A DNA stretch of 62,612 bases, the filler included, from Hausera hauseri (taxonomy: Eukaryota), in NCBI GenBank assembly GCA_046269625.1. It is 9 parts of 9 records of this genome, joined end to end, with 100 filler letters (N's around TTAATTAATTAA, not from the genome) between each part and the next. Parts side by side here need not be neighbours in the genome. Positions count along the whole stretch, not along the records: positions 31,984 to 48,891 come from JBJURY010233294.1; positions 48,992 to 53,730 come from JBJURY010454912.1; positions 53,831 to 58,352 come from JBJURY010542342.1; 6 more parts are not named here. One strand, written 5' to 3'. Under the pieces are notes generated by a model, which was not told the origin of the DNA, searched no databases, and worked only from the letters and a program-made list of their open reading frames with translations. This document shows positions 48,557 to 58,452 of this stretch, piece after piece. The position numbers and the translations under genes were made by a program. Numbering within the stretch: the stretch's first letter is position 1; each line of letters opens with the position of its first letter.

Positions 48557-48619
48557 TGTTAAGTGAAGGGTTTGAACCTTTATTTAAGTCTAATTTAATA
48601 GACAAGTCAGTAGCTTAAC
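48557..48619 (-). pseudogene. Degenerate tRNA-Leu(UUR)-like sequence
   Basis: Canonical trnL2 position; acceptor GTTAAG/CTTAAC, GTCTA-TTAAAT-TAGAC arm and T-arm retained, D-arm absent. Confidence 0.6.
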
Positions 48620-48814
48620 TTGGAAAATTTTTAATTATTTCCTTATTTTAGGTCAGTTTTTGCACGGGTAAAAAAATGCAAAAAAAAGCATTGCAATACA
48701 ACATTTTTTTAAAAGTTACAAATTTTTGAAAAGGTGTGTAGAGTTCTCAGATTCTCTGTTAAAATTTTTAAAATTTAGGAGATGTTTAGGTAAAACCCTC
48801 TTGAGATAACTATC

Positions 48815-48891
48815 AAATTTGCTTCTACACTTTTTAATGCCCCTACATACATTCCTGGGGCTTGTCAATAAATAGATATCCCCCGAAGTTA
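48815..48891 (-). repeat. Edge of a second copy of the mitochondrial control region
   Basis: 77 nt identical to 34758-34834, ending at the contig end. Confidence 0.8.
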
Positions 48892-48991
48892 NNNNNNNNN
48901 NNNNNNNNNNNNNNNNNNNNNNNNNNNNNNNNNNNTTAATTAATTAANNNNNNNNNNNNNNNNNNNNNNNNNNNNNNNNNNNNNNNNNNNN

Positions 48992-49484
48992 CACAATAGC
49001 AGAAAAATCGAAAGTGGACTACCAGAAGACGACAGGTAAGAGCCCAGCAGAGATAATATTTGGTAGAAGGATATATAAAGATTGTATGGATAAAAAGAAG
49101 GAACAGAAGTGAGAAACAGAGTTAGGAAGGACCTACAGTAAAAAGGACGTTTGAAGTAGGGGATCAGGTTCTGGCACGGAAAGAATCCGGAAGAAAGGAG
49201 AAAGACAAATACAAAGGCCCGTACATGATCATTGAGAAAGTTCACGGCACGCGATACGTTATACGACATGAAGATGGCCAAACCTTGGAGAGAAACGTAG
49301 AAAAGTTACGAAGATTCTTAAAAAAGGGGGATGTGATATAATCGAGAACGGAGATTCTAAATTTAATTTAGAAACATTTTTAAATTTTAAAAATTTAATT
49401 TAAGTGTAATATTAAAAATATAATTTAAATTTAGAATTTTTCTTTCCAAATAAGTACTTTGGATTAAAATAAAAATTACCTACA
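48992..49484 (+). mobile_element. 3' end of a different, purine-rich Ty3/gypsy element: integrase tail, PPT and short LTR
   Basis: TTGKSPAEIIFGR; FEVGDQVL...YKGPY...LRRFLKKG; PPT AAAAAAGGGGGA (49320-49331) followed by TG...AATAAA...CA (49332-49484). Confidence 0.7.
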
Positions 49485-49926
49485 ACTGGTGTTTACTTTT
49501 CAATGAGTAATATCAAAAGATCCAATTCTTATTCAGCAGACATACCAGAGGGCGGATGTGCCAACCCTACCCAAGCTGGGCGATGACGTGGACGGCGTGG
49601 ATGCGCCCGCTGCCAACACCCAGTGCACCGTATTTCCAATCGATTGCGCCCAGTCACATGTGCTAAGCATCAATATAGGAAATATGGGTAAACCGATATT
49701 ATTTTTTGCACACTTGCACATGCATCTCGACATGCTCTATCCACCAGCACTTAGCCCCCATCAATTCAATCAATCCTAGGTCGTACAGCTACAAAAATGT
49801 AAAGTGTAAACTACCATAGCAACGGTGCCAAAGGGCACAACCTTGAGAATTTGCCGATTGGCAGTGCGCCACATGCACTATCAACCTGTACATGTGAGAT
49901 AACGATTTTATCGATTTTTCATTTTA

Positions 49927-50336
49927 TACCGGAAAAACTTATGGAAAGTCTGCACCACCTGGTATTTATTCGAAAACCATTCGATCGATTTAAATTATAA
50001 TTGCACATTCACACAGTGCATCGATTTTGCACTCGATATCGGAAATCCGATATTATTGATTTTTACACTTGCACATGTGCAGTGCACCTGAACTGTGCGC
50101 CAATCGATGTGCGCTATCGATTAGCACTTTGTCCCTGTCGATTCGATCAATTGTGCAATGTGCAGTTATCGATTTGTGAAATGTACAAAAATGTGCTCAG
50201 CCACGATACCTAACGGCACCGTTACCTAGCACATTACCGATCGATAGTGCACCATGTGCACTATCGATTGGCACGTACAAAATTGATTTATCGATTACCC
50301 TCCCTTGGGATGGTGCAGACTTCCCATATTCCCCTA
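49927..50336. mobile_element. Hairpin-rich MITE with terminal inverted repeats
   Basis: TATGGAAAGTCTGCACCA (49940-49957) vs TGGTGCAGACTTCCCATA (50311-50328), 17/18 complementary; perfect 13-bp hairpin at 50240-50268; related decayed sequence at ~49600-49920. Confidence 0.7.
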
Positions 50337-52448
50337 TTCATGTTTTGTGATCGTTGCACCAGCAGAGTCGTTTCTAACCAGCAGTACGCCGGTCTACTTG
50401 TTGGTAAGTTAGTAATATAAAAAAGCCGCTTCTGAAACATCCCCCTTCCACGACCCCACCCACGCAACCGATAGGAAGCGTGCTTGATGCACACAGGTAC
50501 GGGATTGTCAATTCGACAACGGATATTTTGAAAAATCCAATCGGTGAGTATGATGCATCCTGGAAGCTGGAGAACGATTCCAAAAGATGCGAATGTTAAA
50601 AAGAAATGATGAATGGTCACGTGTGGCACATAGAAATGATGGGACACAAATGGCGCATCGAATGAGGAAAGAAATCGATCGGATGTAACCCAAATTCACG
50701 GGGGATGGAGAAAAGTTATGAAGAGCTGGGAAACGTTATCGACTAACGGTTAACGGTCCCGTAACATTCGGCCTACGAGTAATCGAACGGAACGGAAATC
50801 GGCGATTCATAATGTAAGGATGGCGATACAGACTGATGTGTGTGTACATTGATGATGGAATCCAGTATCGAGTAGTATATCAAACGAAAGCCCGTGACGA
50901 GCGGTATTCGATAAAGTTGTCCGAATGACGAAAACCTATTCCTAAACGGAATAACGATGGAAAACCCCGAAAATCGGCATAGGGTATACACTCTTGGAAA
51001 TGTGGAAAAAATTCGTTGAAGTTAAACATAACTATAAATAAATATGGTTTAAATAATAAATAACATGGTTTATAGCGTTTTCTTTGTTACGAGGAAATAA
51101 AAAATATCCATCGAATATAATCTGTGGTCATTAATGTGATAGGCCAAATTTACACTGTTGAGATCCTTTAATTCTTTAAGAAAGAAAACTTATAACAATC
51201 TGACAATCCTTTAATTTTTCAACTTATAACAATTTGATATTTGCTATCTACTTTGATATGTTCTACTTTGATATATTCGACATTGGACTTTAAATATATA
51301 GTAATTGACACTTTTATTCTGTTGTTGTATAATAAAATGTTTTTATCTGCTTGTGTTCTAAAAACCCTTTTGATGGGTCTCACCTTTTATAAACTGAGGA
51401 TTGTTAACATTATTTGTTACCCAAGCGGCGTAATGTGATTTTAAACTGATATAAAAGCATAAGTAGAGTATTTTAACAAAGTATTCTGAAATTGATATTA
51501 CAAAAGTAGAGTATTTTAAAATTGACATTGGAATTTGGAGAATGCTTAACATAAGAATTTAGAAAAATATTTGAAGAATATTCAGTGATGCGGTGATGAA
51601 CTGACAGAATAGATAAAAGATTATTTGAAAGCCGATGATCCATGGTTGTAGTTAATTTATACCAATACTATAATAGCTGCACAAAAGCATTATTGAATTA
51701 TAACAATACTAGATTATTTGAAAAACCAACGATACGTAGCCGCATTAAAGTAATTTTACAATAGAAAAATACAAATCATATTTGATAATCAAACAACTGA
51801 AAGAAGTATATAAGCAAGGAATAACATAGAACAAAAACACAAGACTGAAAAAATCTTAACTTTGACGCTGAATTCAAAGGTTGAATTGTCACCTAGCAGC
51901 CACCTTGAGGTAAGTTATATTGGGCTGCGAAGATGATATTAGATAAATATATTTAGAAATTCATTAGTAAAGATTAAGGACAATTGGGTCAAATTCGAAA
52001 TTGATAAATTAGGTACTCGCTCTTTGATACTGAAAGAAAATTTTGAACATGGCCGGAGAAAGAATTCATAATGTAGAGCATTCAATAGAAGGTACTAATT
52101 ATAATTGTAAGATAAAATCGCCGCTCTATGTTGTCATAATTTATATTTGTATAATTTGTTATGAAATAACTTTATACCATATTAATTGTACACTTAATAT
52201 CCGGAGGACGGATAAGCCGATTACAATCTGATTGTTTCGACTATTAGATAAAGATGCAGGAAGGAAGTTTATATTATAGCCGAAGATATACCCCATGGAG
52301 TTGCCAATTGTTCGTTATGATCAGATCAGACCTCCGTATGACATTACTAGTGGAGGGATACCGATGAAAGGTTCGATATAATTATTCGTCAAGGATCGTC
52401 ACAAAAATGATTCGATGCTGAATCATTATTGTTAAGACTGACCATTAG

Positions 52449-52791
52449 TTGGATCCAGCTCATTTTTTCACCGCTCCAGGAATGAGTTGAGCAACAATGC
52501 TGTGATATATATGTATTCGACTTCAGATTCTGAAAGATTATAATATGATCCTCGTGATCGAGAAAGGAATTCGAGGACGAATTTGTCAGGCGATTCACCG
52601 GTATAGTGAAGCCAACAATAAGTATGACAGATTATGGCGCGTTCAGGCCATCCTCATATATTACTTACCTGGATGCTAACGACTTGTATGGATTGCCGTA
52701 TGACAACTTTAAATAAGTAGAGCACCCCGAAGGCGTTGCAGTACAAGATCTGGATCCCAGTGGAGAAACGGGCTACATATTGGAAATAGAC
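52449..52791 (+). pseudogene. Third protein-primed PolB remnant (not in the ORF track)
   Basis: Manual translation: LDPAHFFTAPGMS*ATML...EKGIRG.ICQAIHRYSEANNKY...SSYITYLDANDLYG...GYILEID. Confidence 0.85.
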
Positions 52792-52837
52792 TGACATCGG
52801 ATTTTGATTCTCGGCATGCTTCCCATCTGTCCACGCT

Positions 52838-53176
52838 TAAATATGGGGATTTTGCACCACTAACTTTGATTCGATATTATTATAAAACCAATTGGTCAAT
52901 TTAAAATCGGTTTTTACAGTTCTGTATATCATACTTTCTTTGATCGATCTGATTTGTTCTCAAGTTGGAATCATTAGTATTTGAGTTATCAGAAAATCGG
53001 TATCATTGACTTATTGATTGGTATACTACGGATTTATCAATTTATTGACATGCACCCTTGATTGTTTATCGGTTGCATGGAAACGGTTATCATGGCAGCC
53101 GGTTGTCATACACTATTTGTTGAAAATCAATTTATCGATTTCTAGAGGATGGTGCAGGATCCCCATTTTCGTCCTA
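52838..53176. mobile_element. Related MITE copy
   Basis: ATGGGGATTTTGCACCA (52843-52859) is inverted to TGGTGCAGGATCCCCAT (from 53150); ends in CC|TA. Confidence 0.55.
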
Positions 53177-54406
53177 TTGTAAACATATCCCAAATAAGAT
53201 ACCCCATTAGTTATTCGGCTGCTAATTTCCCCACATTTATCTAATATTCGTCGTTTAACAGGAGAGATTAGCGACTGGTTAATAAATGAATGTTATTTAG
53301 TTCGGCAGAATGTCAACAGCATGTTAACAAAGACCAAAATTTGTTTGAATATTTGTGAAAAGTGGACAACTGCCGAAATGTATGGCAAATTTTCCCATGT
53401 GTGTATTAGCGTCAGTTAACTCCTTCCTCATGAAATTTTACATCAAAAATTTTATTCATTGCGTATATAGCTCAATTTATTTTATTCTTGGTGACGTTTA
53501 AAACTTTACAATTTTTGTACTTTTTGTAAATAATTAAATTTGAATAAATTTAGATAAATTTCATTTTGGGAATCGTTTATGGAAGAAGTACCGTGAAACA
53601 TAACATAAATATGGGGAAGTTTTGATATTATGTTAACGTAAACTCCCCTTTGGAAAAGTTCTTGGCCCGCAATTGGTTAGTTTAAAATGTCAGTTAGATC
53701 CATCTCTTCTCCAATTTTTACCTCTTATTCNNNNNNNNNNNNNNNNNNNNNNNNNNNNNNNNNNNNNNNNNNNNTTAATTAATTAANNNNNNNNNNNNNN
53801 NNNNNNNNNNNNNNNNNNNNNNNNNNNNNNTTTTTTATATTATTAATAATTGTTTTTTGCATTTATTTTTAACTCTTACTCATCCATCTTATGTTCCACG
53901 TTTAATTATTGCTTTATAACGTTTGTCAATTGGTTGAATTTTTGTTTTTGTAATTTTTTTTTATTTTTAAGACTGAAACTTTAAGATTTGTTCTCCTTTT
54001 ATATCTTTACAAAGCTTAATGAAATCATTATAAACATGAATTTTGGAATGCCTAATTGACAAACCCATAAAACAAACCTGTATACAAACATCATACGAAG
54101 CTTTGTTTAAACCAGTTTTATGACGCTAATACTTGCAGTATTTTATTCCGCCGTTACTGCAGTTAATTATACGAATAAACGCGGTCCTGCTTTAAATCTG
54201 ATACACTGTCTTTGTACATTGACGCCTCTTGAAAAGTTAAGTCATTCAGCTAATACATTTTCTGTACTGAACTGTCAGCTGCAAGTTAATTGTAAAACAT
54301 TTGAATTATTTTCAAATCAATGAAATTGAACCTCTTGTGACAATGTATAACTAATTGGCTTGTTTAGTATTGTGAATGGCTTCATTTTGTTTGGGCGCCA
54401 ATGTGG

Positions 54407-54657
54407 GCTAGCACTTGGAAAATGTGTACAAGGAGTAAATCGATATTGATGATTAGAATGGATACGGTTGCAACTTAGTTGGACCATGGGAATATGGGAA
54501 AAATCGATGGGAAATTTTTCGTCAGGAAAATTTCCCACTGCTCAAGTATGCTGGTGATGGAAATTGGTCTCGTACATTGCCCATAAGTTGGTGAAAATTT
54601 CAAATTATAGCCGCCTCACGATCAGACCAATAAATCGGGTTGAAAAATGCAACTGAA
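54407..54657 (-). repeat. Subterminal non-coding region of the PolB element family
   Basis: Reverse-complement homology to 15798-16050 (e.g. TCTGATCGTGAGGCGGCTATAAT). Confidence 0.75.
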
Positions 54658-54789
54658 TTATCAACTGCTTCACCCATTATCACTTGTTGTTTTTGTTGTT
54701 GTCAATTAAATTAGCCAAACCGACTATATCCTTATTCGTATATTGTTTATTTGTTTGAAATAATACAGAAGGACAATCAAGTCCATATC

Positions 54790-55262
54790 AAAGTTTCATG
54801 TGGTACAACTAAATCTGCAAGTTTAACAATAAAAATTAGGATCACCACCACACAAATCACACGCATTAACCAATTCAGCAGGAGAATAAACGAGTCCATC
54901 AGAATTAGTTACATTGCAGTGTTGCTTGAAGCAAATCTGATCCACCAATTGCAACGTTGGAATGTTGGAATCACATTTGACAAAATCTTCCCCAAACCGT
55001 ATTTGACGTGGATTGTCATCCAACGATGCCAATTTCTGATAAGTTCGAAAAGTCTGCCGAATATCGTGTCCATGTCACCAAAAACCTGCTTTCTATGCTG
55101 TAGATAAGGTTTTCGTGCCCTTCAATTCTCCTCTTCACGTCGGAGTATCTCTTCAGGCGAACAGTATCGCACATTATGTAAAGGTCGATTAAGATTGTAA
55201 AGGTAACTCCGGAGGCCGTCGAAGGAGTGACATAAACAAATGAATTCTGTTAAATGAGACAT
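54790..55262 (-). pseudogene. Orphan ORF-B copy 2 with Cys-rich C-terminus
   Basis: Homologous to 9181-9469; ends in CDLC...YC*TC...C; one stop and a frameshift upstream. Confidence 0.6.
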
Positions 55263-55393
55263 GTCATAATGTCATGCCGTAAGGAAGCACAAGTATTTAT
55301 AGTAAATTTTATAACAACAACAGCAACAACAAATACAAGCGAAATAAATTATATTGATTCACAAAAAGTGCAAAAAAATGTGTAAATGTGTGA

Positions 55394-55610
55394 TTAAATA
55401 CGGTCACTTAACTTTTTCATTACAACAAAAAGCGAAGAAGTAAAGACAAGTTCAATGAGGAAATTAATACGCCGTTATCGTTTTCGTCTCATTTCATCCT
55501 CGATACGTTTTAAGAACAGAGATCTGACTATCAATTCTATATATTCTCGCCTGCTCATTATTCTCGTTTCTGACAGCTCACATAGGTACTGAACGTCAAA
55601 TGGCCGGTAA
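55394..55610 (-). pseudogene. Orphan ORF-A copy 2
   Basis: FDVQ..ETRIMSRREYIELIVRSLFLKRIEDEMRRKR*RRINFLIELVFTSSLFVVMKK. Confidence 0.6.
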
Positions 55611-55639
55611 AATGGCTGGTACGACACAATCATAAAGAT

Positions 55640-58189
55640 ATCCACAGATGAAGAAATATACAAAAATCCCCATGTAGACATAATTTACCGCAGTCGGAAC
55701 CCAAATGGACGCCCAGTAAATTTCTTGCTATTGGAGAATGCAGAAAACTTTCATTATGTGGCAGTAACAAATTTGGATAGACTACTAAACACGGACTATG
55801 ATTAGTTTATCCAAAAACGCATACGCTGCAAATGGTGTTCCATATGTCTACATGGTCTTAGGTCAGAAGCGACATGGGAAAAGCATGTGGCGCTTTGCAG
55901 GAGAAATGCAACAGGAACAACATTGTATGTCATGCCAGTCAAAAAGGAACTGAGATTCAGTTACTGGTCAAAAATCGACAGTTCAGCACATGTGGTATAT
56001 GCCGATATCGAGGTAATTTTACCACCGCACAACATCTACAACCAAAAGCATGTCCCAATTGCCGTCGACATGCTGGTTGTGCCAATTAGAGCCGACGGAC
56101 AACCACAATACTACGTTTTTCACGGATGGAACTGTGTCCGCAATTTCACTTATCAGTTGGAGACAATGGTGGAAACGGAAATTGCGCCGTGGTATTGGAA
56201 TAATAGCACTAAACCCTTGGTCTGGGCTAAAGAATATGAATCACTGATTTTCGCTGCCACTAGCGAATGTTACTTGTTTCAAAAAATATTGCCGTTCGAT
56301 GCACAGGAACGGCTCTTACCGGATCACTATCATTTCATTGGTCGATACTTGGCAGCAGCATGCAATTTATGCAATTTGGCAAGATGGGTGCGGCCATTCC
56401 TGCCGGTGATATTTCATAACTTCAGGGGTTATGACTGCCACCATATTCTGAAATGGGCCATAAATAAATTTCCGCACAGGGAGCTATCCATAATCCCAAC
56501 AACAATGGAGAAGTACCTGTCCCTATCGGCACGCATAAACCGGTTCCAGGTACGCTTTTTCGATTCATTGCAATTTCTCAATGAATCGCTGGCGAAGCTG
56601 ATAAATGCCTTGCCGGATGTGCTGACAACATTGACGCAGTTTTCCACACATATTGCACTAGCAAAGGTATATTCCCGTATGACTTTGCCGTGGAATATGA
56701 GCGACTCCGGACAACAGAGGAATTACCGCCGCGATGGACAGGTATCAAAGAAGATGAATATCACAGATCACAGGAATCTTGGACAAAGCTCGGTTGTAGA
56801 AACATGTTGGACTACATGCTTCAGTATCTAAAGCACGATGTGTACCTATTAGCCGATGTGTTTTAGACATTTCGGGCTAAAGCGTTGGATAAAGATAGGT
56901 TAGAACCGCTCAACTTTTACTCAATACCGGGAATGAGTTGAGCATCGGCACTAATGTCACTGGATCGGGACATTGAGCCGCTACAAGATCCGGAAATGTA
57001 CCGACTGTTTGATGTCGGTATTATTGGAGGTATGACGTTTGTCAACAAGCATCATGTAACCAGTGATAACGATGATGATACAACGTCAATGTTGTACATC
57101 GATATTAATAACCTGTACGGCAGGGCGCATTCACAACCCTTGCCGTACGGTTCATTTAATGGATAATGGACAAACAAGAACTGGATACATTGCTGGACAG
57201 TCTGCCAGCAGCAGCAGCAAACACGACAGAAAGCAACTCAGTCGGCTACTTAATGGAAGTTGATCTCATGGTATCGGATGAGCTGCATGACGCTCTGAAC
57301 GAATTACTCGTGACACCAATCAGCCAATGTCCACCCGGCGGCTCAAAAGTAAAGAAACTGCTCATGACACATGAACAGAAATCGAATTACGTGGTTTATT
57401 GGCGTCTACTGCAGTTTTACATGCAGCTCGGTGTACGCGTCACACAGCTGCATCGTGCAATCCGCTTCAATCAGGCGCCAATATTCAAGGTGTACATTGA
57501 TGGAAATTCCGAGAAACGAGCCGCAGCTTGTACAAAGTTCAAAAAGGACTATTAAATGCTCAAAAGCAATTCACTGTACGGGAAAACAGTGGGAAATCTG
57601 AAGAAGCGGCTTAATGTGCGCCTGTGCAACAACGAAAAACGACTGGTTACGTACATCAGCATGGCTCACTTCAGGCGATCAATGCACATTTCCGATGGAT
57701 TGGTTGCCTTGCTTCTATAGAAAGAAAAGTCGTACTGGACGGGCCAAACTACATCAGACAAGTGGTATTGGACCTGAGCAAGTTGCAAATGTACATGCTC
57801 CAATATCGCGACTTGGCAAGTTACCAGCAAATGTTTGGCGGCGGCGGCGTCGTCGTCTATGAAATCAGTACTGTTGCCGGCGACACAGAGAGCTTCTTCC
57901 TTAAGCTGAAAAACATTTATCGAGACCAGCTGCACCGACAAATGATGTCAGATGGACTAGTGGACACGTCCAACAACCCACAGAACCATCCACTCTACAG
58001 CAGCGCGATAACAAACAAAATCAGCTGCTTCAAGGATGAAAGTGAAGACCGGGTTCAATACAGGGAATGGATATTTTTGCCCCCAAAGTGTTACAGTCTT
58101 CTGACGGACTGTGGGTTGAAAATGCGGGCAAAAAGCATCCAGCTGAAACAGATGGACAGATTATCGCCGTGTCTATGATGGACAAGAAG
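55640..58189 (+). pseudogene. Protein-primed DNA polymerase B, decayed, copy 2 (5'-truncated; 3' end cut by a MITE)
   Basis: YRSRNPNG, YADIE, ACNLCNL, IFHNFRGYD, GGMTFVNKH, YIDINNLYG, NSLYGK, GDTES, FKDE, PKCYS; homologous to copy 1. Confidence 0.9.
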
Positions 58190-58352
58190 TAGGGGGAAAA
58201 TGGCGGTTCTAGTCCACCCCGGGGGGGGTAATCGATAAATCGATTTTGCACATGTGCCAATCGATAGTGCACCCGGAGCACTATCGATCCATAAAGTGCT
58301 AGGCAACGGTGCCGTTAGGCACCGTTGCTAGGCACATTTTTGCACATTTCAC
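58190..58352 (-). mobile_element. Hairpin-rich MITE end inserted into PolB at a TA
   Basis: Reverse-complement homolog of 1-159; hairpin GCAACGGTGCC-GTTA-GGCACCGTTGC at 58303-58328. Confidence 0.7.
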
Positions 58353-58452
58353 NNNNNNNNNNNNNNNNNNNNNNNNNNNNNNNNNNNNNNNNNNNNTTAA
58401 TTAATTAANNNNNNNNNNNNNNNNNNNNNNNNNNNNNNNNNNNNNNNNNNNN

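Noticed and set aside
50340-52440. Possible further Polinton genes or PolB N-terminus
   Set aside because: Too decayed; only a weak C..CHNL-like trace near 52100-52145 and no defensible motif series
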